From Gammaproteobacteria bacterium (lineage in GTDB: Bacteria > Pseudomonadota > Gammaproteobacteria > Steroidobacterales > Rariloculaceae), in the NCBI GenBank assembly GCA_963664945.1, contig OY761822.1, forward strand, positions 4,922,205 through 4,986,204: 64,000 nucleotides of DNA, given 5' to 3'. A program made the position numbers and the translations under genes. The notes under the pieces were generated by a model. It searched no databases. It saw only the letters and a program-made list of their open reading frames with translations, and had not been told where the DNA came from. This document shows, piece by piece, positions 28,773 through 37,282 of the stretch (its first letter is position 1; every line of letters begins with the position of its first letter).

Positions 28773-28893
28773 CAGCAATTCCCGCTAACGACGGCCGCTC
28801 ATTCGTATTGGTCTGCGAAATCGGCGAAATTCGCCATTCGAGCGTGATTTTGGAGTCGATATTCGGCCTCTCGACGCTTAGCGGGAATTGCTG
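28773..28893. mobile_element. 121-bp MITE with 16-bp terminal inverted repeats and a 9-bp target duplication
   Basis: CAGCAATTCCCGCTAA 28773-88 and TTAGCGGGAATTGCTG 28878-93, flanked by GGGGCAAGC at 28764-72 and 28894-902. Confidence 0.88.
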
Positions 28894-28934
28894 GGGGCAA
28901 GCCATATGGGGGGCTGTATGGTCGTCTGGTGAAC

Positions 28935-29078
28935 TGGCAACCCACGTACGCCTCGGCGAATCGCATCTGCCGAATCTCCCGCAGCAACTTCGTTCGGTTC
29001 ATGGGATGCCTCCTCTCGGTACCCCATCAAACCGGACAGATCATTTGCTACTGATTTTCAGCCGCTCGCCAATTGACA
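28935..29078 (-). mobile_element. left-end remnant of an ISNCY/IS481-like element
   Basis: TGTCAA end at 29078, subterminal TAGCAAATGATCTGTCCGGTTT, RBS GAGGAGG, and truncated transposase start MNRTKLLREIRQMRFAEAY (ATG 29002). Confidence 0.65.
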
Positions 29079-29186
29079 GTCGAGCGGGGAAGTAGCAATC
29101 TGGCTCCACGAAATGACCGGGTGTCGCCACCCGCACCTCCGGGGCGGGCGGCCCGCCGGTCGCCGTGCCTATCGCGGAGCATGACG

Positions 29187-30512
29187 ATGCATGAAAGACA
29201 TTGGCGACGGAAGGTCCTGGCGGCGGCGGGCGTAGCGGGTCTGTGCGCCCTTGCCGGCTGCAGCCCCCCCGATTCGGGTTCGCGATCGACTCCGGAAATG
29301 AATCCGGAGGCAACGACGGGACTGGCCGCGGGAACGGCGGCAGGAGCGGGTCCGGAAGCGGCGCCCGGTACAGCGGCAGACCTCGTCCCCGCCCAGACCG
29401 TGCAGAGCGTGGACATGGGCGACTACGAAGTCGTCCTGGACTGGCCCAGGCCCCTCCCCGACGACGACCTGTCACACGACGGCTGGACCTGGGGATCGGG
29501 CGCCGGCGTGCTGGTGGAGAGCCCGGACAAGGTCTGGGTGGCGCAACGCGGCGAGATCGAGCTGCCGCCCGGCGCCGAGCCCTGGATCTGTCCCTGCCTG
29601 CTGGAGCCGCGCCGGACCAATACCGGCAGACGGGCCTACTCCGGCAATCCCTACCCTTACGAGATGCGGCGGCATCACATCGTGTTCGCGGTGGACCGCG
29701 AAGGCTACGCCATCGAGGAATGGCTGCAGCACGACGAGTACCTGGCGCCGCCGCGCGGCTCGGGACTCGGCGAGATGGGCCGCGGCCCGCACAAGCTGCT
29801 GATGAATCCCTACGACCCCGAGCGTCACATCTGGATCGTGGACGACGACGCGCACCAGATCAGCATCTTCACCAACGACGGCGAGTTGGCGAGGACCATC
29901 GGCGAACGCGGCGTCCCCGGGCGCGGTCCCAACAACTTCAACCGCCCCACCGACATCGCCTGGCTGCCGGACGGCACGTTCTTCGTCGCCGACGGCTACG
30001 CCGGCACGCGCGTGGCCAAATTCGACCCGGACGGCAATTTCATCATGGACTGGGGACGCCCGCCGGCCGATCCTGCCAATCCCGGCCCGTACGAGTTCTG
30101 GTCGGTCCACAGCATCGGCATCAGCCGCGACCGGCGCATCTACGTCGCCGACCGCGAGCACATGCGGATGCAGGTGTTCGACGAGGACGGCAACTTCCTG
30201 GACATGTGGCCCACGGGCTACGACTCCCAGGTCCTCGCCCACATCGTCACCGAAGACGACTTCGTCTGGGTGGCCGACTGGAATTCCGGGCGGCTCGTCA
30301 AGTACGACCTCGACGGGCGCTACATGCTGGACATCGGCGAACCGGGCGCGCTGCCGGGCCAGTTCGACGGCGTCCACCAGATCGAAGTCGACCGGGAGGG
30401 CAACCTCTACGTCACCGAGGTCGCCAACGACCGCTCGCAGAAGTTCCGCCCCAAGCCCGACGCGGACCCGGCCAGGCTGATCCGGCCCATGGTCGGTCGC
30501 GGGACGCTGTAG
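29187..30512 (+). CDS. NHL-repeat beta-propeller lipoprotein (peptidylglycine lyase-like)
   Basis: Lipobox LAGC; FNRPTDIAW, VADGY, RVAKFD, YVADRE, QVFD repeats. Confidence 0.85.
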   Translation: MHERHWRRKVLAAAGVAGLCALAGCSPPDSGSRSTPEMNPEATTGLAAGTAAGAGPEAAPGTAADLVPAQTVQSVDMGDYEVVLDWPRPLPDDDLSHDGWTWGSGAGVLVESPDKVWVAQRGEIELPPGAEPWICPCLLEPRRTNTGRRAYSGNPYPYEMRRHHIVFAVDREGYAIEEWLQHDEYLAPPRGSGLGEMGRGPHKLLMNPYDPERHIWIVDDDAHQISIFTNDGELARTIGERGVPGRGPNNFNRPTDIAWLPDGTFFVADGYAGTRVAKFDPDGNFIMDWGRPPADPANPGPYEFWSVHSIGISRDRRIYVADREHMRMQVFDEDGNFLDMWPTGYDSQVLAHIVTEDDFVWVADWNSGRLVKYDLDGRYMLDIGEPGALPGQFDGVHQIEVDREGNLYVTEVANDRSQKFRPKPDADPARLIRPMVGRGTL

Positions 30513-30603
30513 CTCCGCCAGCGGGCCGATCGAATTCGATCGAGGATTCCGAATGCGGATGCCGGTCAAGGGCGACGTCGATCAAACCGTCGTCGAATCC
30601 TCA

Positions 30604-33600
30604 ATGCGACCTTCCTCCATCTTCGTTTTTCATGGAACATGGGTTCCGGGCGGCGGCCCCGGATTCGACAACGGCGGCCAGTTCATAGTCTGGGTCGAGA
30701 CATCGAACGAGCAGCGCGCGGAAGCTTCGGGCAAGGAGAGCGCACATCCTTGTCACTTGTCGGATCCCACGAGGCTGAAAGATATCGTCTCGGCAGACCT
30801 GTCCGTCGGCAAGGCACTCATCGAAACCGTGCAATCCGCACCGGCGCGCTTCCACGCAACGCTGCCCAGCGCCGCAGAGCGGCCCTTGCCCAGTATTGAA
30901 ATGGCGCAACTGAGCGGGAAATACCTGTCTGACGACTTCGTCTGGAAAACCTGGGAAATCCACGGAATCGCCATCGGACGGCCATTGGCGCTGCTTAGGG
31001 AACTGCAGTTCATCGCCGGTTTCACCCGCCCCGGCCGTCACCTGGGAGGCGATCTGGTTTTCTGGATTCGATACGCGCAGCAATTGCGCAGTGTCGTGCG
31101 TCAACACCAGTTCCTGCCTGTCATGAAATGCGCGCGGCCGGGCCGCAAGGGCGGCGGCATGCGCATTCACGCCGGCTGGTCGCCCGAATCGGCGATTTAC
31201 GAGCGCGGCTTGCGGGAGTTCGCCGCGTGCATCCCGGGCATCTGCAGGAACGTCAGCGACAGGCTACCGAAGAAACGGCGCACCGCCCGGATCGATGGCC
31301 TGTCAGGCATCGATTTGCTCAGGCACTTTTCGGAGCAGCAGGTGGACAGGCTCGTCGCGGACACGCCGGTCACCAAACAGTTGCTGAAACGATTGGAGGG
31401 CAGTTGGCTGATCAACGCCCTGGGACCCGGCGAACGCGACGACCTCGCGGGACAGGCGGCCGACGGCGACCTCACGACCGAACGATGGAAGCAGTGGCGC
31501 GCCTGGCAAGGGGAAATCCTCGGCCGATCGAACGATTCCCAGGACACGCGCGGCGACGGCTTCACGCTCGGGCTGCGACTGCACCAGGTCGACGAGCGCC
31601 GCGACAACGACTGGCGTATCAGCCTCTTCGTCGCCTCCAGCGAGGATCTTTCCCTACGAATCGATCTGGCGGACTGGTGGGCGCTCCCGGACGGCAAGCG
31701 GGCCCGATGGCTGAAGCATTTCGGACGGCAGTTCGAACGCCACCTGCTGGTCGGCATGGGTCACGCGGCGCGGATGTGCCCCTTGCTTTGGCAGGGAATG
31801 GAGTCGGCGCAACCCACCGGCGTCGATATCGACCTTCAGGCAGCGTATGAATTTCTGAAGGACGATGCGCCCGTGCTTGAATCCGCCGGATTCAGGATTC
31901 TGCTGCCGAGTTGGTGGACGCCCCAAGGCCGAAAACGCGCCCGCATCCGCATCAACGCCGTCGGCAAACCGCGGGCGTCCGGGGAGGCGGGCTCGGGCAG
32001 CGGCCATTTCGACATGCCGTCGCTGGTGCGCTTCCGCTACGAGCTTGCCATCGGCGGGGAGCCGGTCAGCGAGCAGGAATGGAAGGATCTGGTCGGCGCC
32101 AAGTCGCCCCTGGTCCGTTTCCGCGGCGAGTGGATGGAGCTGGACGCCCGGCAGATGGACAGCATGCTGGAACTATGGCGGCGGCAGGAGCGCGAGGACG
32201 GCGCGTCCACCGTCGGCAACCTGCTGAAACGATTCGCCGAAGCGGACGAGGAAACCACGGAATTCGTCCTGGACCAGGTTCTGGACGACATCCTCGGCAA
32301 GCTGCGCCGGCAGCGGGGCTTCAAACCCCTGGACCAACCCGCCGGCCTGCGGGGCCGCCTGAGACCCTACCAGATGGAGGGGCTGTCGTGGCTGGCCACG
32401 CAGGAATCCCTTGGACTGAACCCGTGCCTGGCGGATGACATGGGCCTCGGCAAGACCCTCCAGGTCATCGCGCTACTGCTGCATGAGCGCGGGCGGATCA
32501 AGGGGGGGAATGAACCCCGGCCGCCGCCCACGCTCCTGATCGCGCCGACCTCGGTGCTGAGCAACTGGCGGAAGGAAGTCGAAAAATTCGCCCCGCGGCT
32601 GAAGAGCATGATCCACCATGGCAGCGAGCGGCTAAACGAGGCGGCGGCGTTCGGCAAGGCCATCGCCGCCGCCGATATCGTCATCACCTCGTTCGCCATC
32701 GCGCGCCGGGACGGCAAGCTTCTCAGGCAGGCGAAGTGGCGGCGAATCGTCGTGGACGAGGCGCAGAACATCAAGAACCCCAGGTCAGCCCAGGCCAGGG
32801 CCATCCGCTCGCTGAAAGCCCCCTCCAGGATCGCGCTGACCGGAACGCCGATCGAAAACCGGCTGATGGACTTGTGGTCCCTGTTCAACTTCCTGAATCC
32901 GGGCTACCTCGGAACCGCGGCGCAGTTCAGGCGCGCCTACGAAACGCCCATACAGCGCGGAGACGACCAGTCGAGGGCCAGGCAGCTTCATCGGCTGGTG
33001 CGGCCCTTCCTCCTGCGCCGCCTGAAGACCGATCCCGCGATCATCGATGATCTGCCCGAAAAACTCGAGCAGAAAGTCTACTGCAACCTGACCAGGGAAC
33101 AGGCATCGCTCTACCAGGCGGTTGTCGAGGACGCGCAAGAACAAATCGAGGAGTCGGAAGGGATTCAACGCAAGGGACTGATGCTTTCCACGCTTACGAA
33201 GCTGAAACAGATATGCAACCACCCCGCCCAGTTCCTGCAGGACGAAAGCGCCTTCAGCGAGGCCCGCTCGCACAAACTCACACGCCTGAACGAGATGATC
33301 GGGGAGGCGCTGGACGAATCCGACAGCCTGCTGGTGTTCACCCAGTTCACCGAGGTGGGGAAGCGGCTGGAAGCCCTCGCGCGCCGCAAGCACGGCTGTC
33401 CCGTCCACTATCTCCACGGTGGAACCAGCCGCCGGCGCCGCGAGCAGATGATCGAGAGCTACCAGGACGCGGACGCGCCTCCCGGTATTTTCATCCTGTC
33501 GCTCCGGGCGGGCGGCGTGGGCATCAACCTGACCCGGGCGAATCACGTGTTTCATTTTGACCGTTGGTGGAATCCCGCGGTGGAGGATCAAGCCACGGAC

Positions 33601-33813
33601 CGCGCCTACCGCATCGGCCAGAGAAAAACCGTCTTTGCGCACAAGATGGTGACCGTGGGGACGCTGGAGGAACGCATCGACCGCATGATCGAGGAGAAGA
33701 AGGCGCTGGCCGAAAGCATTGTCGGCGCCGGCGAAGGCTGGCTGACCGAGATGGACAATGCCGCGTTCCGCGAACTCATCCGGCTCAACCGCGCCGCGAT
33801 CATGGAGTCGTAG
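30604..33813 (+). CDS. SNF2/SWI2-family helicase
   Basis: LRPYQ, LADDMGLGKT, VDEAQNIKN, ALTGTPIEN, GINLTRA, DRWWNPAVEDQATDRAYRIGQ. Start may be 30553-30604. Confidence 0.93.
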   Translation: MRPSSIFVFHGTWVPGGGPGFDNGGQFIVWVETSNEQRAEASGKESAHPCHLSDPTRLKDIVSADLSVGKALIETVQSAPARFHATLPSAAERPLPSIEMAQLSGKYLSDDFVWKTWEIHGIAIGRPLALLRELQFIAGFTRPGRHLGGDLVFWIRYAQQLRSVVRQHQFLPVMKCARPGRKGGGMRIHAGWSPESAIYERGLREFAACIPGICRNVSDRLPKKRRTARIDGLSGIDLLRHFSEQQVDRLVADTPVTKQLLKRLEGSWLINALGPGERDDLAGQAADGDLTTERWKQWRAWQGEILGRSNDSQDTRGDGFTLGLRLHQVDERRDNDWRISLFVASSEDLSLRIDLADWWALPDGKRARWLKHFGRQFERHLLVGMGHAARMCPLLWQGMESAQPTGVDIDLQAAYEFLKDDAPVLESAGFRILLPSWWTPQGRKRARIRINAVGKPRASGEAGSGSGHFDMPSLVRFRYELAIGGEPVSEQEWKDLVGAKSPLVRFRGEWMELDARQMDSMLELWRRQEREDGASTVGNLLKRFAEADEETTEFVLDQVLDDILGKLRRQRGFKPLDQPAGLRGRLRPYQMEGLSWLATQESLGLNPCLADDMGLGKTLQVIALLLHERGRIKGGNEPRPPPTLLIAPTSVLSNWRKEVEKFAPRLKSMIHHGSERLNEAAAFGKAIAAADIVITSFAIARRDGKLLRQAKWRRIVVDEAQNIKNPRSAQARAIRSLKAPSRIALTGTPIENRLMDLWSLFNFLNPGYLGTAAQFRRAYETPIQRGDDQSRARQLHRLVRPFLLRRLKTDPAIIDDLPEKLEQKVYCNLTREQASLYQAVVEDAQEQIEESEGIQRKGLMLSTLTKLKQICNHPAQFLQDESAFSEARSHKLTRLNEMIGEALDESDSLLVFTQFTEVGKRLEALARRKHGCPVHYLHGGTSRRRREQMIESYQDADAPPGIFILSLRAGGVGINLTRANHVFHFDRWWNPAVEDQATDRAYRIGQRKTVFAHKMVTVGTLEERIDRMIEEKKALAESIVGAGEGWLTEMDNAAFRELIRLNRAAIMES

Positions 33814-33824
33814 CCGTGGCGGGG

Positions 33825-34652
33825 ATGGCGCGCACATGGTGGGGGGAGCGGTTTCTCGACGTGCTGGCGATCACCATGGACAGCGGACGGCTGAGACGCG
33901 GTCGAGCCTATTCCGGTCCGGGCCGCCTGTTGTCCTTCGACATCGCCGGCCATACCGTCAACGCCACCATGCGCGGCAATGTGAATGCCTACTTCGGGGT
34001 CTACAAGGAACCGCGCTACGAGGTCACGGTGCGGCTGAAACGGATTGCCGCGACGGACTGGGACGACATCGCGGAACGGATCAGCCATCACGCCGCGTTC
34101 CTGTCCCAACTGCTCATGAACGAAATGCCCGCCGCGATCGAAGACGCTTTCGCCGCGAAGGGCGTTCACCTGCTACCCCGGGAACGGGCGGACCTGATCG
34201 CTTCATGTTCGTGTCCGGATTACGCTTCGCCGTGCAAGCATGTCGCGGGCGTCTATTACAAGATCGCGTCGCTGCTGGACCGCGACCCGCTCCTGCTGTT
34301 CCAGTTGCGGGGAATGAAGTTCGAGAAGCTGCGCGGGAAGCTTGCGGCCTCGCCCCTGGGCCAGGCGCTGATCGACCAGCGAGAAGACGGGGAGCGAAAA
34401 CTCGAATACCATGGCCACAGGTACACGGCCCCCCGGGTGGAACCGCTGTCGGCAACAGACCTGAAGTCGTTCTGGAAGGGCGGGAGTCCACCCCCATCGG
34501 CCCGCGACGGAAGTTGTGAGGCGGCCAGCCCCGCGATACTGGTCAAGCGGGGCGGCGACTACCCCGGCTTCTGGAATCGGAACAATTCCTTTATCGAGGC
34601 GATGGAACTCCTTTACACGCGGGTCGTGAACAAGAACAAGGCATCGTTGTAG
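33825..34652 (+). CDS. SWIM zinc-finger protein
   Basis: TWWGERF, RLRRGRAY, CSCPD..PCKHVA, DPLLLFQLRG. Confidence 0.9.
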   Translation: MARTWWGERFLDVLAITMDSGRLRRGRAYSGPGRLLSFDIAGHTVNATMRGNVNAYFGVYKEPRYEVTVRLKRIAATDWDDIAERISHHAAFLSQLLMNEMPAAIEDAFAAKGVHLLPRERADLIASCSCPDYASPCKHVAGVYYKIASLLDRDPLLLFQLRGMKFEKLRGKLAASPLGQALIDQREDGERKLEYHGHRYTAPRVEPLSATDLKSFWKGGSPPPSARDGSCEAASPAILVKRGGDYPGFWNRNNSFIEAMELLYTRVVNKNKASL

Positions 34653-34667
34653 ACGATCGCGGTCAGC

Positions 34668-35939
34668 TCAACGGACCAGGGCTCCCAGGCGCAGCGCATC
34701 GAGGGGGCGAAGCGCGACGGCCAGCACGGCCGCAACCAGTATGGAATCGAATGCCGCCACGTTGGTCAGGGAGAAGATACCTGCCTGCGCCATGTAACCC
34801 GCCAAAATCGCGAGCAACCAGGCAAGCATCGCTCGATAGACGACGAGCGGTCGTTTCTTGCGGGCGGCTTCGTCGAACCGTGTCCGGAAGAGCAGCGTTT
34901 CCACGGCGTAGATGCTCGAAATCGGCGGAATGGTGATCCCGAGCAGAAGCAGGTAGGCCACCAGGTATTCGTCCACCCGTGTGAGGGCCAGCGCGGTGCC
35001 GACGATGCCGAAGGCCGCGATGATGGCCCAGAGCCTTGAACCGCGAAATATGGTCGCCATCGCGAGGGAGCCTGAGTACAGCGACAGCACGTTCGACGAC
35101 CAGGCCGCGAGCACGAGCAGGGCGAACGCGGGCAGGCCGATCCCGATCAGGATCATCACGTTGAGGATGTCGGGTTCGCCCATGGCAACGGCGGGAACCG
35201 CGGCAAGCGACAGCGTAAACGGAAACGAAATTCCCAGCGCAAGGAAGGCGGACCATGTCGCGGCCCTGCGCGAGCGCGCAAAGCGACTGTAGTCCGGTTG
35301 AATGGTGACGCCGGCGATGTAACTTCCGATGACGGCGGAGACGGCGGTATACAGGCTCATCGGTTGACCGCCGGTGGGCACGGTCCAGTCCTCTACCTCG
35401 GCGTAGGAAATGCCGGCTGCCACGCCCAGGAAAATCACCATAACCGGCACAAGCGCGAGCGCGAGCTTGTCGATTCCCTTGAACCCGGACAGCGTGACCC
35501 CGACCATCAGGGAGCTGCCCACGATCACGTAGAGTTCGATCGGCCAGTCCACTCCAAAGACGGTCGCGCCCAGTTGCGCACCGGCGCGGCCGAACATGGT
35601 CCCGGTGACGCCGTACCAGCCGAGCAACGAGCAGGCGACGGCCAGGTTCGCGACCTTGCCACCCCAGCGGCCGAACGCGAATTCGCTCAGCACGTAGGCG
35701 GAGAGGCCCGATTTCTGGCCGCACAGACCGGTCAACGCCGCCAGGCTGCCGAGCACGAAGCAACCGCAGGTGAAGGCGATGACCGCGTCCCTCAGTCCGA
35801 GGGAGGCGCCCATGGTCGCGGCCATGAGAAAGGCCGGAATGGCGATGGTTCCGCCGACAATCACCAGCGCGATGTGCCGGCCGGAATAGGTCGCCGACGA
35901 CGGTACCTGGGTCCTGGGGTAGTCGGAGCCTGCGCTCAT
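34668..35939 (-). CDS. NCS1-family cytosine/purine/hydantoin permease (CodB-like)
   Basis: About 12 hydrophobic segments; FGRWG, GWYGV, PDYSRFARS, NVLSLYS. Confidence 0.85.
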   Translation of the reverse strand: MSAGSDYPRTQVPSSATYSGRHIALVIVGGTIAIPAFLMAATMGASLGLRDAVIAFTCGCFVLGSLAALTGLCGQKSGLSAYVLSEFAFGRWGGKVANLAVACSLLGWYGVTGTMFGRAGAQLGATVFGVDWPIELYVIVGSSLMVGVTLSGFKGIDKLALALVPVMVIFLGVAAGISYAEVEDWTVPTGGQPMSLYTAVSAVIGSYIAGVTIQPDYSRFARSRRAATWSAFLALGISFPFTLSLAAVPAVAMGEPDILNVMILIGIGLPAFALLVLAAWSSNVLSLYSGSLAMATIFRGSRLWAIIAAFGIVGTALALTRVDEYLVAYLLLLGITIPPISSIYAVETLLFRTRFDEAARKKRPLVVYRAMLAWLLAILAGYMAQAGIFSLTNVAAFDSILVAAVLAVALRPLDALRLGALVR

Positions 35940-36029
35940 TTCAGGTCCCAACGCCGCTAGTCCGCACCGGACAGGGACCGCCGATGCCCGGGCACCGCGG
36001 CGACAGGGCCAGATATTGGCTGCACGGCA

Positions 36030-36887
36030 CTACGCGGCTGACAACTGTCCGTGCCCGGCGCGGCCTTCAGCCGCCACGACCAGCGTGTTCCCGAATTCGA
36101 TGTCGGACTGAAAAAGCCCGAAGTCGGCCAATTCGCGCTCCGGCGGCGGTTGCATCCCCCACACCCTGCTGTTGGTCCACCCCACCCGCTTGCCCAGCGC
36201 CGCATTCTCCGCGGCCTTCAAAGCGGCAATGGAGGGGTCGATGACAGGGACGAACGCGCTCAACCGGCTGGCCAGGTAGGCCTGAAGTTTGCGATAGAAG
36301 CCGACTTCGAGAGTACAACCGAGGATGATGGATTCGGCCCGGCGTTCGGCCACCGCCCGGTACGCGGCACGTTCCAGTCTGTCGCGCGTGCGCTCGGGGT
36401 CCTGGTGAAACTCCTCTACTCGCAAATCGACCGCCTCGAACGAAACCAGCTTGTCCTTGCCGCCGTAGTCGTGCACGGCCTGCTTCATCTGGTCTTCCCA
36501 TTTCCACTGCCCGATGATGACGGAGAAGTTGTTGGCCAGGTTGAGGGCGGCGGCAACGGACGCCTGGCACGGGGCAACGACGACGGTGTCGCCGGCGACT
36601 TCCCTCGCAGCAAGCAATGCCGGATCGTAGAAGCAACCGATGATCAGCGCGTCGTAGTCGTGCAGGGCGCAGTATCGGGCCGCCTTCACGGTCTCGTTGA
36701 AAATGCAGGCCTCGTACGCGCGGTATTCGAGGTTGCTCATGGCGGGCGAGACCGCCGAACCGGCCAGGGACGTCACGTGCACCGTGGTTTCCGGGTACTT
36801 GTATCGGCGCGCCATGTCGGCGAACACCTCGTCGTAGGCCGATGTTCCGACCGGATTCAGGTACATCACCTTGATGTCCATTTTCAT
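36030..36887 (-). CDS. Asp/Glu/hydantoin racemase family protein
   Basis: LNP N-terminus, catalytic Cys pair IIGCFYDP and IILGCT, PVIDP; RBS AGGAGG. Confidence 0.88.
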   Translation of the reverse strand: MKMDIKVMYLNPVGTSAYDEVFADMARRYKYPETTVHVTSLAGSAVSPAMSNLEYRAYEACIFNETVKAARYCALHDYDALIIGCFYDPALLAAREVAGDTVVVAPCQASVAAALNLANNFSVIIGQWKWEDQMKQAVHDYGGKDKLVSFEAVDLRVEEFHQDPERTRDRLERAAYRAVAERRAESIILGCTLEVGFYRKLQAYLASRLSAFVPVIDPSIAALKAAENAALGKRVGWTNSRVWGMQPPPERELADFGLFQSDIEFGNTLVVAAEGRAGHGQLSAA

Positions 36888-37038
36888 CGATATGGTCCCT
36901 CCTGCGCCTTGCCCCTGGAACGTTGACCCGGCTGCCAACCCGCTTGACGAGCGGGCATGTGTTTCGGTTGCCGAACCGCGCGGCCGGGAAGCTTCGGGAC
37001 CTGAACATCCACGGTCGAACCATCGGCCGAGCAAATCC

Positions 37039-37126
37039 ATTGCGCCTTGCGGGCATGAATGTGTCAACGACACCAACGGGTAGATGATGAGGTGCCCCGG
37101 GCGCGCTCACCCACCTGTATGGGTAG
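37039..37126 (-). promoter_or_regulatory. putative activator-dependent promoter with two CTACCC-N4-GGGTAG-like operators
   Basis: CGACACCAACGGGTAG 37068-83 and CCACCTGTATGGGTAG 37111-26. Minus-strand TTGACA (37067-62), 17 bp, then CGCAAT. Confidence 0.6.
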
Positions 37127-37282
37127 GCACGCGCGCGAATTCGAAACGGGCCGGAAATTGGCAAAGGATCTGGCGGTTCGGAGGCCACTGAAAGAGGGCG
37201 AACCGGAACGAATCGCCCGTGCGCTGCGCGATGCCGCGGCACAACGTGCAATGCGCGTTGTCGAGCCCCGCTTAAGGCCCGA

